Positions 7,879 to 15,993 of a stretch of DNA of 17,108 bases are shown here, in pieces; positions within the stretch are counted from its first letter, which is position 1, and each line of letters starts with the position of its first letter. A program made the translations under genes and the position numbers. The stretch covers positions 1 through 17,108 of the forward strand of contig CBDBIJ010000009.1 of assembly GCA_965205655.1 (NCBI GenBank), in the 5' to 3' direction. This DNA is from Candidatus Latescibacterota bacterium (GTDB lineage Bacteria; Latescibacterota; UBA2968; UBA8231). The notes under the pieces were generated by a model. It worked only from the letters and a program-made list of their open reading frames with translations, ran no database searches and had not been told where the DNA came from.

Positions 7879-9057
7879 GTGCGAGTTGTCGCCGTCATCG
7901 CCGCCGCCGGAAGGGGCACACGCATGGGTGGGAGCGTGCCGAAGCAGTATCGCCCCCTGATGGGTAAGCCATTGCTGTGCCACACCCTGGAGCGTTTCGA
8001 GCGCTGCCAATCGGTAGCGGGGATCATCCTGGTCGTGAACCCGGATGACCGCGGCTACTGCGAGGGTGTGATCTCTGCGGCCTCGTTCCGCAAGCTACGC
8101 CATCTCGTGGACGGCGGCGCCGACCGATGCCTTTCGGTACAGGCAGGACTGCTCGCGACAGACGAAGCTGACGAGATCATACTGGTACACGATGGAGCGC
8201 GACCGGTTGTCTCGGACGATCTCATCACGAGGGTCATTACCGCGGCAGCGCGGCACGGAGCCGCCATTCCCGCCGTGGCGGTCACGGAAACGATCAAGGT
8301 CGTTGATGCCGGTAAGGTTGTTGAGACGCCCGACCGCAGCAGACTGTGGAATGCCCAGACGCCGCAGGGCTTTCGCCGCACCGTCCTGTGGGACGCCTTC
8401 AGCCATCTTGAGGACGGCGGCCCGGTCACCGACGAAGCGTCCCTCGTGGAGCGGCTCGGCCGGCCGGTCCACGTCATAGAGGGCGAACTCGGCAACCTGA
8501 AGGTCACGACTACGGAAGACTTCGACAGGGTGGAAGTAGCGATGAAGCTCGAGACGGGGGCGAAATACACCGAGCCAGGAGTAAGAGTCGGGACAGGATA
8601 CGACGTCCATCTGCTAGGGCAGGGTCGACGGCTCGTTCTCGGAGGCGTGGAAATCGAACATCCGCTTGGCCTGGAGGGACACTCCGACGCCGACGTACTC
8701 ACGCATGCCATCATAGACGCGCTTCTGGGGGCGACCGGACTGGGCGACATCGGCCGACTCTATCCGGATAGTGATCCACGATACAGGGACATTTCCAGCC
8801 TCGAGCTGCTCGCCGACGTCGCCGAACGGCTCGGCTCGGTCGGCGCTGCCGTCGTCAACATCGACGCCGTTGTCGTTGCGCAGGCTCCGAAACTGGCGCC
8901 GTTCGCCGGGGAGATGTCGGAGCGACTGGCTGCAACCCTGGGTATTCGGCCCGAAGCCATCAGTGTCAAGGCGACGACGACGGAGAGACTCGGATTCACC
9001 GGTCGCGGCGAAGGGATCGCAGCACATGCCGTCGCCCTCGTCACGCGTCAGGCGTGA
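7879..9057 (+). CDS. ispDF: Bifunctional IspD/IspF (MEP pathway)
   Basis: IspD motifs AAGRGTRMG-PKQY, VHDGARP, QTPQGF, TDEASL, NLKVT fused in frame to IspF motifs RVGTGYDVH, GHSDADVLTHA, GDIG, KATTTE. Confidence 0.96.
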   Translation: MRVVAVIAAAGRGTRMGGSVPKQYRPLMGKPLLCHTLERFERCQSVAGIILVVNPDDRGYCEGVISAASFRKLRHLVDGGADRCLSVQAGLLATDEADEIILVHDGARPVVSDDLITRVITAAARHGAAIPAVAVTETIKVVDAGKVVETPDRSRLWNAQTPQGFRRTVLWDAFSHLEDGGPVTDEASLVERLGRPVHVIEGELGNLKVTTTEDFDRVEVAMKLETGAKYTEPGVRVGTGYDVHLLGQGRRLVLGGVEIEHPLGLEGHSDADVLTHAIIDALLGATGLGDIGRLYPDSDPRYRDISSLELLADVAERLGSVGAAVVNIDAVVVAQAPKLAPFAGEMSERLAATLGIRPEAISVKATTTERLGFTGRGEGIAAHAVALVTRQA

Positions 9058-9678
9058 ATGACCGACTACGTCAACGATCTGGTGGAGAAGCTCGGCCACT
9101 GGAATCCCCTGTGGGCTTACGGATTCCTTCTCGTCAGCGCTTTCCTCGAGAACGTCATCCCTCCCGTACCTGGAGATACCGTCGTCGTGTTCAGCGCCTT
9201 TCTCGTCGGCCGGGGCATCCTCAGCTGGGGACCCGTCTACGCCGCCACGTGCGTGGGCGGGACGGTGGGATTCATGGTCATGTACTATCTCGGTTTGAGG
9301 ATGGGAAGGGATGTTCTCGTCGGCTCAAGGCGACGATTGTTCTCGGCTGAGAGGCTCGAGTGCGCCGAGGTGTGGCTGAGGCGTTACGGTCTCTGGTTGA
9401 TTCTGGCAAATCGATTTCTCAGTGGCATCCGCTCAGTGATCGCGGTGAGTGCGGGAGTGGGCCAGCTCGAATGGAAACGGGTTGCGGCTCTTGGCTTGGT
9501 GAGCATGGCGGTGTGGAATGGCCTGTTGCTTTACGGCGGGATCCTCGTCGGCGAGAACCAGGAAGGGGTTCTACAATTTCTCCAGTCGTACAATCGCGTC
9601 GTAGCCGTCGCCATCGTCGTCGTTATCGGGGTCTTGGCGCTGCGTCGCTGGCGCGCACGGCGCACGCTCCCTTCTTGA
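9058..9678 (+). CDS. dedA: DedA family membrane protein
   Basis: [17 protein letters not shown]...YYLG, RYG...[12 protein letters not shown]...AG; ATG directly follows the ispDF stop. Confidence 0.92.
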   Translation: MTDYVNDLVEKLGHWNPLWAYGFLLVSAFLENVIPPVPGDTVVVFSAFLVGRGILSWGPVYAATCVGGTVGFMVMYYLGLRMGRDVLVGSRRRLFSAERLECAEVWLRRYGLWLILANRFLSGIRSVIAVSAGVGQLEWKRVAALGLVSMAVWNGLLLYGGILVGENQEGVLQFLQSYNRVVAVAIVVVIGVLALRRWRARRTLPS

Positions 9679-9703
9679 CACTATTTACTGCCGCTCTTAC
9701 GTT
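9675..9703 (+). promoter_or_regulatory. Sigma70 promoter of the rplM operon, overlapping the dedA stop codon
   Basis: Perfect TTGACA(9675-9680)-N17-TACGTT(9698-9703), followed by an AT-rich leader. Confidence 0.75.
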
Positions 9704-9739
9704 TACCAATTCCTTAAAACTAAAATTTGGACCCAAGAA

Positions 9740-10174
9740 TTGGCCGACAAGACATTTTCTCCGACTCTGGCTGACATCCAGCGACAATGGTTTGTGGTCG
9801 ATGCCCAAGGCAGGACTCTCGGGCGCCTGGCCAGCGAGATTTCGCGGATCCTCAGAGGTAAGCACAAGCCCACCTATGCACCCCATATGGATATGGGCGA
9901 CCACGTCATCGTCATCAATGCCGAAAAGATTCAGGTGACTGGCCGCAAGGCCGAGCAGAAGATCTACTACCGGCACACCGGTTACCCGGGCGGTATCAAA
10001 GAAACGCCATACGCGCGCATGCTTGCCAAACATCCGGAGCGAATCCTGAAAAAGGCAGTGTGGGGCATGCTGCCCCACAACGTTCTGGGCCGGAGAATTT
10101 TCAAGAAGCTCCGTGTGTATGCGGGGCCCGACCATCGACACACGGCTCAGAAACCACAGCCGTTGCAGCTGTAG
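9740..10174 (+). CDS. rplM: 50S ribosomal protein L13
   Basis: [60 protein letters not shown] start. Confidence 0.98.
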   Translation: MADKTFSPTLADIQRQWFVVDAQGRTLGRLASEISRILRGKHKPTYAPHMDMGDHVIVINAEKIQVTGRKAEQKIYYRHTGYPGGIKETPYARMLAKHPERILKKAVWGMLPHNVLGRRIFKKLRVYAGPDHRHTAQKPQPLQL

Positions 10175-10198
10175 AAGAGGCGAAACGGACGGGGACCA

Positions 10199-10612
10199 AT
10201 GGCGGAAGAAGAAGCCGCAGGGCAGATCCTGAAGTACGAGGCGACAGGCCGGAGAAAGACATCGGTTGCCCGCGTGAGGATGCGGTCGGGGTCCGGTGCC
10301 ATCAGGATGAACGGGCGCTCGGTCGAAGAGTACCTGCGGCGCGACTCGCTCGAAATGATTCTGGTCCAACCGCTTCAACTGACCGATTCTAGGGAGCGAT
10401 TCGACATCGACATCAGCGCCAATGGGGGGGGGCTGAGAGGTCAAGCCGGCGCTGCCTGTCTGGGCATTGCTCGAGCTCTCGTCGAGTTCGACCCGAATCT
10501 GCGGGCGACTTTGAAAAAAGCCGGGTTCCTGACGCGCGATCCGCGCGAAAAAGAGCGCAAGAAATACGGATTGGCGGGTGCCCGCAAACGTTTTCAGTTC
10601 TCCAAACGATAG
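10199..10612 (+). CDS. rpsI: 30S ribosomal protein S9
   Basis: [55 protein letters not shown]. Confidence 0.98.
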   Translation: MAEEEAAGQILKYEATGRRKTSVARVRMRSGSGAIRMNGRSVEEYLRRDSLEMILVQPLQLTDSRERFDIDISANGGGLRGQAGAACLGIARALVEFDPNLRATLKKAGFLTRDPREKERKKYGLAGARKRFQFSKR

Positions 10613-10650
10613 ACTCACGGGCGAGGCGATCCTGCCGCTTCGCTTCAACT

Positions 10651-10738
10651 CACACGCTTCTCGACGCGCACAGCGGTGCTCCGGCAGCTCGGTCTGCTGG
10701 AGCTCTGTGCCCGGGTGACGGAGGCGGAGGAAAAACCC
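10651..10738 (+). ncRNA. rpsB 5' leader (S2 autoregulatory cis-element)
   Basis: Starts CACAC. Nested stems: CGCTTC(10655-60)/GAGGCG(10721-26), GCACAG(10668-73)/CTGTGC(10705-10), GCTCCGGCAG(10678-87)/CTGCTGGAGC(10694-703). A bulged GGT (10675-77) can pair with ACC in the downstream GAGG-AAAAACCC, as in known S2 leaders. Confidence 0.8.
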
Positions 10739-10796
10739 AAAGGTCGAGAAACGGAGCCGCAGGCTCTGTTTCTAAGGACCAGGAGCTCGATTCGAC

Positions 10797-11627
10797 ATGG
10801 CGGACGTGACACTGCGCGACCTGCTTGAAGCGGGAACGCATTTCGGACACCAGACCCGGCGATGGAACCCGAAGATGAAGCCCTACATCTTCGCGGAGCG
10901 AAACGGTATCCATATCGTCGATCTGCAGAAGACAGTGGGCAAGATCGAAGAGGCCTGCGCCGCGGTTACCCAGACCGCACAGGCCGGAAAGTCCGTCCTG
11001 TTCGTGGGCACCAAGAAACAGGCGGTCGACACGGTTCGGGCAGGGGCCGAGCGCTGTGGCATGTTCTACGTTACCGAGCGCTGGCTTGGGGGCATGTTGA
11101 CGAACTGGCAAACAATTCGACAGAACATCCGCCACCTCGACCACCTGGACCAAATCGCAGATGACGGAACCTACCAGAAACTGAAGAAGAAGGAAGTCCT
11201 TTTGCTCGAAAAGGAGCGAGGCCGGATGGCCAAGGTTCTAGGCGGTATCCGAAAGATGAATACGCTGCCGGGCCTCATCTACATCGTCGACATCAAGAAA
11301 GAGCACATCGCGATCGCAGAGGCTCGCAAGCTCGGCGTTCCGTCCGTCGCACTCGTGGATACGAACTGCGATCCAGACCTGGTGAGCCATCCCATTCCCG
11401 GCAACGATGACGCGCTCCGTTCCATCGAGCTGGTGACGCGCGCGATCGCCGACGCCGTCATCGAGGGGCGAGCTGCCTCAGACGTCGACGGCGGCGAAGG
11501 CGATGAGGTTGCCGGTGTGGAGAGCGCGGGCGCGGAGCCGGCGGTTGAGCCCGCAGCTGTCGGGCCCGCCGCGCCAGAAACTGAAGTCGTTGCTGCGGCG
11601 CCTTCGACGCAGACGGATACGGCTTGA
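10797..11627 (+). CDS. rpsB: 30S ribosomal protein S2 with an acidic/Ala/Pro-rich tail
   Basis: [60 protein letters not shown] at 10781-10785. Confidence 0.98.
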   Translation: MADVTLRDLLEAGTHFGHQTRRWNPKMKPYIFAERNGIHIVDLQKTVGKIEEACAAVTQTAQAGKSVLFVGTKKQAVDTVRAGAERCGMFYVTERWLGGMLTNWQTIRQNIRHLDHLDQIADDGTYQKLKKKEVLLLEKERGRMAKVLGGIRKMNTLPGLIYIVDIKKEHIAIAEARKLGVPSVALVDTNCDPDLVSHPIPGNDDALRSIELVTRAIADAVIEGRAASDVDGGEGDEVAGVESAGAEPAVEPAAVGPAAPETEVVAAAPSTQTDTA

Positions 11628-11634
11628 AGATTCC

Positions 11635-12237
11635 ATGACTGAGATCACGGCAAAAATGGTGCGCGACCTGCGGGAGCGCACTGGTATCGGTATGATGGCC
11701 TGCAAGAAGGCGCTCCAGGAGACCGAGGGCGATTTCGATGCTGCCGTGGACTATCTCCGCAAACAAGGCATGGCAGCTGTGCAGAAGCGTGCCGGAAGAG
11801 AGGCCCGCGAGGGACTGGTGACTTCATACATTCATCCGGGAAGCCGTCTGGGCGTACTCCTGGAAGTGAACTGCGAAACCGATTTCGTGGCGCGCACCGA
11901 CGATTTCCAGCAGTTTGTCAAGGATGTCGCAATGCACGTGGCCGCTGAGCAACCGCAGGCGGTTGGTCGGGAGGATGTCGATGAGGGGGTCATAACACAC
12001 GAACGTTCCATTTACCTCGAACAGGCCAAAAACGAGGGCAAGCCGGATCACATCGCGGAAAAGATCGTCAAAGGCAGATTGGAGAAGTACTTTCAGGAGG
12101 TCTGTCTCATGGAGCAGCCCTTCGTCAAGAACCCGGATCAGTCCGTCAAGGATCTCGTCGCAGAGCTGACTGCGAAGGTCGGAGAAAAGGTATCCATAAG
12201 CCGATTCGCCTGTTTTCGACTCGGCGAGAGCGAGTAG
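11635..12237 (+). CDS. tsf: Elongation factor Ts, short (~200 aa) type
   Basis: MTEITAKMVRDLRERTGIGMMACKKAL, EGLVTSYIH, EVNCETDFVA, GKPDHIAEKIVKGRL, LMEQPFVK. Start is the ATG at 11635, 7 nt after the rpsB stop. Confidence 0.97.
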   Translation: MTEITAKMVRDLRERTGIGMMACKKALQETEGDFDAAVDYLRKQGMAAVQKRAGREAREGLVTSYIHPGSRLGVLLEVNCETDFVARTDDFQQFVKDVAMHVAAEQPQAVGREDVDEGVITHERSIYLEQAKNEGKPDHIAEKIVKGRLEKYFQEVCLMEQPFVKNPDQSVKDLVAELTAKVGEKVSISRFACFRLGESE

Positions 12238-12267
12238 CAAGGTGCCGCCTCGGGCGGCATAGCCGCC

Positions 12268-12828
12268 GTGATAGAGGAAATCTTCGAGGACGTCCGCCTC
12301 CAGATGGCGAAGGCGATGGAGTCGTTCCGCCGCGACCTGGCGGGGATACGCACCGGCAGGGCATCCACGTCCATCCTCGACGGACTTCGCCTAGACTATT
12401 ACGGCAGTCCCACACCTCTGAACCAGCTGGCATCGATTTCGGTACCCGAGCCCCGAATGCTCGTGGTGAAGCCCTACGAGCAGGGATTGATTCCGGAGAT
12501 CGAAAAGGCCATCCGAGCCGATCCCAATCTGGGTCTCAACCCGTCGAACGACGGCACCATCATCCGCCTGCCAATCCCCGAGCTCACCGAGGAGAGGCGT
12601 AGAGAGCTGACGAAAATCGGCCGCAACAGGGCCGAAGATGCGCGCGTGTCAGTGCGGCACGCCAGGAGGGACGGTATTGACCTGACAGATCAGGCCAAGA
12701 AGGAGGGTGAAGTTTCCGAAGACGCCGCCCGTCACGCCCACGAGCGCATCCAGAAACTGACGGACGAATTCATCGAGCAGGTCGAGGAGATTATCAACCG
12801 CAAGGAAGCGGATATTATGGAAGTATGA
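12268..12828 (+). CDS. frr: Ribosome recycling factor
   Basis: IRTGRA, YYGSPTPLNQLA, LGLNPSNDG, PELTEERR, RVSVRHARRD, IQKLTD, KEADIMEV; GTG start. Confidence 0.98.
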   Translation: MIEEIFEDVRLQMAKAMESFRRDLAGIRTGRASTSILDGLRLDYYGSPTPLNQLASISVPEPRMLVVKPYEQGLIPEIEKAIRADPNLGLNPSNDGTIIRLPIPELTEERRRELTKIGRNRAEDARVSVRHARRDGIDLTDQAKKEGEVSEDAARHAHERIQKLTDEFIEQVEEIINRKEADIMEV

Positions 12829-12829
12829 G

Positions 12830-12851
12830 AGTCCCGCGAAGCGGGACTTTT
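12830..12851 (+). terminator. Intrinsic terminator after frr
   Basis: AGTCCCGC-GAA-GCGGGACT followed by TTT; the U-tail is short. Confidence 0.7.
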
Positions 12852-12852
12852 G

Positions 12853-12876
12853 CGAGAAATCGCTGGCGATTTCTCG
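12853..12876. repeat. Perfect 11-bp inverted repeat
   Basis: CGAGAAATCGC-TG-GCGATTTCTCG. Confidence 0.85.
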
Positions 12877-12908
12877 ACGGTGGACGAGGTTCTTTCCAGT
12901 GAAACGTG

Positions 12909-12936
12909 ACTCAGCCGAATGGCTGGGTTTTTCTTT
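12909..12936 (+). terminator. Second plus-strand intrinsic terminator
   Basis: ACTCAGCC-GAAT-GGCTGGGT followed by TTTTCTTT. Confidence 0.7.
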
Positions 12937-12939
12937 ATG

Positions 12940-13461
12940 CTACGGCCGTCGGCGGCGGCGGTTGGGGGGATCTTCGGGGTCGCGGCTCTGGGTTTCCTTG
13001 ATCTTGTCGAGGAGGCCCTCTTCGATCTGCTCCCGGTGCTCGACCAGGGTTGTGGCGCGGGGTGGCGGTAGAGGAGGAGCGGGTTGCTCCTCGGTAGTAC
13101 CGCCGGGCAGCTCATCGTTGGCTGACGGAATCTCCGACGCGGCCCGCGACTGAATGGCGAGCTTGTGTCGCTGCAAATGCAGCAGGTCTTCGTAGTTTTG
13201 AAGGTGGGCCTGACGGTCCAGGAGAAAGACGTGGAGTCCGTTGACCCCGGTGTCCGCGGTCGCCCGCAGCGACTCGAGTCTGTCGACGTCGAAGCGCTCG
13301 AGGTCGTGGCAACGGGCCGCGATCTCCTCGCCGAGCAGGTGACCTTTGCCAGCGATGAGGCGCAGTCGCAGACGGAGACGTCTGCGCCGCCAACGAGACA
13401 CCAGTACAAGGGCGGCGAACAAGGCGCCTGCCAGGAGGATCGTAAACGTGACCCAGATCAC
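12940..13461 (-). CDS. Hypothetical single-pass membrane protein: N-terminal TM, Arg-rich stop-transfer, helical region, Pro-rich linker
   Basis: VIWVTFTILLAGALFAALVLVS-RWRRRR, then amphipathic helices. Fills the gap between the frr terminators and the divergent AT-rich spacer. GTG at 13461 preferred; the ORF-track start is 13524. Confidence 0.7.
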   Translation of the reverse strand: MIWVTFTILLAGALFAALVLVSRWRRRRLRLRLRLIAGKGHLLGEEIAARCHDLERFDVDRLESLRATADTGVNGLHVFLLDRQAHLQNYEDLLHLQRHKLAIQSRAASEIPSANDELPGGTTEEQPAPPLPPPRATTLVEHREQIEEGLLDKIKETQSRDPEDPPNRRRRRP

Positions 13462-13506
13462 GGTGGGATTCGGCGAAAATACGTTTAAAAGTATGGGAGG
13501 GACTGA

Positions 13507-13525
13507 TTTGCGGGATATCCGCAAA
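13507..13525. promoter_or_regulatory. 7-5-7 palindrome in a divergent promoter region (candidate operator)
   Basis: TTTGCGG-GATAT-CCGCAAA. Confidence 0.45.
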
Positions 13526-13555
13526 CGCTCTTAATTTAAAGTAGATAGGCGGCAG

Positions 13556-14203
13556 ATGGCAACAACCATGGCAGAAGAAGAGGAACTCGTTTCAAAGCTC
13601 CAGGCGGAGATCGTCCGTCTGAAGGAAGAGACCAAGAAGCTGATGGCCAGCAACCGGCGGTGGATGCGTATCGCCGGGACTGACTCGCTTACGGGTCTGC
13701 CCAACAAGGTGTTCTTCACCACCGCCTTGCTGCCTCAGGCGATCAGCGAGGCGAATGCCGACGGCGTCCCACTGGGATGCGTCATGATGGCACCCGACAA
13801 TCTGGGAGAATACAACAAGAAATTCGGCCGTACCGGTGGTGACGAGGTCGTCACCGGTGTGGCCGAATTCCTGAACGAGAACGTGGAAGACGAGGAAAAG
13901 CTCGTCCATATCGACGGCGCCAATTTCGTTCTCGTGGTTCCCAATGCCGATCTCAACAAGACGAAGCGGCGATCATTGACGCTGCGGGCCAGAGTCCTCA
14001 ACAGACAGTTCGACTGCGGGGGTTCGCAGGTCCCGATTACGCTCAGCCTCGGCGTGGTGTCGCGCGCCGCCGCCGCTGAGGGGGATGACACCGGGGTGAA
14101 GGAGGTGGTGGAGGAGTTTCTGCGTCGACTGGAAGCGGCACTCGATCAGGCCAAGTCGATGGGTGGAGACAGGCCCTACGACGATCCGGAGATCAATTTC
14201 TGA
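13556..14203 (+). CDS. Coiled-coil plus degenerate GGDEF-domain protein, probably catalytically inactive
   Basis: Retains TDSLTGLPN, YN..FG...GD, ITLSLGV and ALDQAK.MGGD. The signature reads HIDGANF instead of RxGGDEF, and the DxDxFK motif reads APDNLG. Confidence 0.85.
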   Translation: MATTMAEEEELVSKLQAEIVRLKEETKKLMASNRRWMRIAGTDSLTGLPNKVFFTTALLPQAISEANADGVPLGCVMMAPDNLGEYNKKFGRTGGDEVVTGVAEFLNENVEDEEKLVHIDGANFVLVVPNADLNKTKRRSLTLRARVLNRQFDCGGSQVPITLSLGVVSRAAAAEGDDTGVKEVVEEFLRRLEAALDQAKSMGGDRPYDDPEINF

Positions 14204-14328
14204 GATCGTTTCCCCACGGTTCGTACCACGCACGACCTGGTGAACAGATTTCTGCCGCGCGCGGGCGCGCCGTCGACGGCTGAGTCGATCGAGGTGGTAG
14301 TGGCCGAGGGGCCACTGAGCAGGATATC

Positions 14329-15195
14329 ATGATTTACAACGTCCTGCTGTCGATGCGCCCGCGCCAGTGGGTAAAGAATCTGTTCGTTCTCGCCGCGCTC
14401 ATATTTTCACAACATCTGTTCGAAGCGGCGTACCTCGCAAAAGCCCTTGCCGCGATCGCATGCTTTGTCGCAGTGAGCGGCGCCGTCTACCTCCTCAACG
14501 ACATCCTGGACCTCGAACAAGATCGGCTTCATCCCGAAAAGCGAGAGCGCCCAATGGCGGCGGGGAAGTTGACCGTCGGCGCGGCACTCGGATGGGCGGC
14601 TCTCCTGATCGGAGCGGGAGTGTGGGCGGCATACAACTTGCGACTGGCATTCGGACACGTCATCCTCATCTACGTCGCCCTCAACCTGCTCTACTCGTGG
14701 CGTCTCAAGGACGTCGTCCTCATCGACCTGGTCATCGTGGCCACCGGATTCCTGTTGCGCGCGCTGGGTGGGGCAGTCGTCATCGCCGTGGACATATCCA
14801 CCTGGTTCATACTCTGTACCTTTACTCTGACGCTGTTCCTGACGACTGTGAAGCGGCGGTGTGAGCTGGTACGGCTCGGTGGCGAGGCCGCGCGACACAG
14901 GCCGAGCCTCGCGGGGTACGGGTTACCTTATCTCGATCAGATCATCTCCATCCTCGCCTCGGCGACCCTCGTCTGCTACGCCCTCTACGCCATGGGTGTC
15001 AGTGAGGGACCCGAAGCCTCCCGTCAAATGCAGTGGACGATTCCCTTCGTGCTGTACGGGATTCTCCGCTACCTGTACGTCGCCTACCGCCTGGAAGGAG
15101 GAGAGGATCCGACAGCCGTCCTGTGGCGGGACCGCCCTATCCAGATCGCGCTGGCACTCTGGCTTTTGGCGAGCGTGGGGGCGTTGTACTATTAG
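14329..15195 (+). CDS. UbiA-family membrane protein, decaprenyl-phosphate phosphoribosyltransferase (DPPR synthase)-like
   Basis: MRPRQWVKNLFV, YLLNDILDLEQDRLHPEKRERPMAAG, YSWRLK, GFLLRA, KRRCEL, TIPFVLYGILRY, GEDPT; SD AGGA. Confidence 0.9.
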   Translation: MIYNVLLSMRPRQWVKNLFVLAALIFSQHLFEAAYLAKALAAIACFVAVSGAVYLLNDILDLEQDRLHPEKRERPMAAGKLTVGAALGWAALLIGAGVWAAYNLRLAFGHVILIYVALNLLYSWRLKDVVLIDLVIVATGFLLRALGGAVVIAVDISTWFILCTFTLTLFLTTVKRRCELVRLGGEAARHRPSLAGYGLPYLDQIISILASATLVCYALYAMGVSEGPEASRQMQWTIPFVLYGILRYLYVAYRLEGGEDPTAVLWRDRPIQIALALWLLASVGALYY

Positions 15196-15487
15196 ATGAC
15201 TTCGACGAATAGCGACCTCGACGAAACAAAAGAGCCGGCTGGTTCCGGCTGCAGCTTTGAAGTAGCGCCCCACGAGGCAGGTCTGTGCGCAAGCGTGGAA
15301 GTGACAGGATTCGTCATAGTCTGGCCTCAGTCCACGTAGCATCCCCGACAGAATATCCGTATTATTACCGATGTTTCCGCTCGGGTGACTTCGTGAGAGT
15401 TTCGTTGCATATTCTTGTCGCCAGCGGCTGACGGCCGACCGAGCGGCAGTACGCGCACCACTTTCAGAGACGGGCAAAAAAACCTCC

Positions 15488-15967
15488 ATGGCAGTCTTTT
15501 TCTTCGCCATACTTGGCGCCATCGTCGTTGTCGGGCTACTCATCTACGACATGGACCGCAAGAGACGACGGATGGGAGAGATTCTCGAAAGGCTCGAGCC
15601 GCTGGCCAAAGGGAACAAGAAGTTCCGCACCCAGCATCTGCGTCGCCTGAGCTTGAGCATCTTCTTCAACAGCCAACTCCTCGACTCGCTAGGCCGGGAA
15701 ATCAGCCTGCTCGAGAAAGACCTGGAGGTGCCGCAACCCGAAGATGAGGCGGGACGGTCGCTCTCGGCGTCGAAGCGCATGAAGAGCCTGGAGGCGCGCG
15801 CGCAAACGCTGGAGACATTTCATCAGGCCGCCAAGGCCAGTGAGGAAGGTCCCACCGAGCAGGCTGCCGAGGTGGCGGATGCTCCAGACGATACCGCCGA
15901 CGGGGAGGCCGCCGACAGCGCCGAAGCAGGCGAAGACCCCCCCTCCGAAGAAACATCCCAGCGATAA
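15488..15967 (+). CDS. Hypothetical single-pass membrane protein with coiled-coil and acidic disordered tail
   Basis: MAVFFFAILGAIVVVGLLIY-DMDRKRRR, helical middle, E/D/A/P-rich C-terminus; ends 26 nt before the HDOD gene. Confidence 0.75.
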   Translation: MAVFFFAILGAIVVVGLLIYDMDRKRRRMGEILERLEPLAKGNKKFRTQHLRRLSLSIFFNSQLLDSLGREISLLEKDLEVPQPEDEAGRSLSASKRMKSLEARAQTLETFHQAAKASEEGPTEQAAEVADAPDDTADGEAADSAEAGEDPPSEETSQR

Positions 15968-15993
15968 ACTGTCGCTGAATTCCCCAGAGCCTC

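Noticed and set aside
7879..9057. IspD-IspF fusion as a novelty
   Set aside because: Bifunctional IspDF is well known in many bacteria.
10424..10432. G9 homopolymer as a phase-variation tract
   Set aside because: It encodes the conserved GGG of S9 in frame within an essential gene.
9623..10648. 341-aa minus-strand ORF and other long antisense or alternate-frame ORFs (2192-3091, 4283-5095, 6631-7509, 8055-8750, 12732-13409, 14923-15543)
   Set aside because: Shadow ORFs of well-supported genes in high-GC DNA, with no recognisable motifs.
11470..11627. Low-complexity S2 tail ([16 protein letters not shown]) as a repeat element or novel domain
   Set aside because: Acidic Ala/Pro tails are common on S2 proteins.
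15196..15340. Short plus-strand ORF starting right after the UbiA stop (MTSTNSDLDETK...)
   Set aside because: Under 50 aa, with no SD, motif or compositional support.
15394..15410. Sigma54 promoter (TGAGAG-TTTCG-TTGCAT) or c-di-GMP riboswitch upstream of the 15488 gene
   Set aside because: The invariant -24 GG reads GA, and no two-hairpin GEMM architecture is visible.
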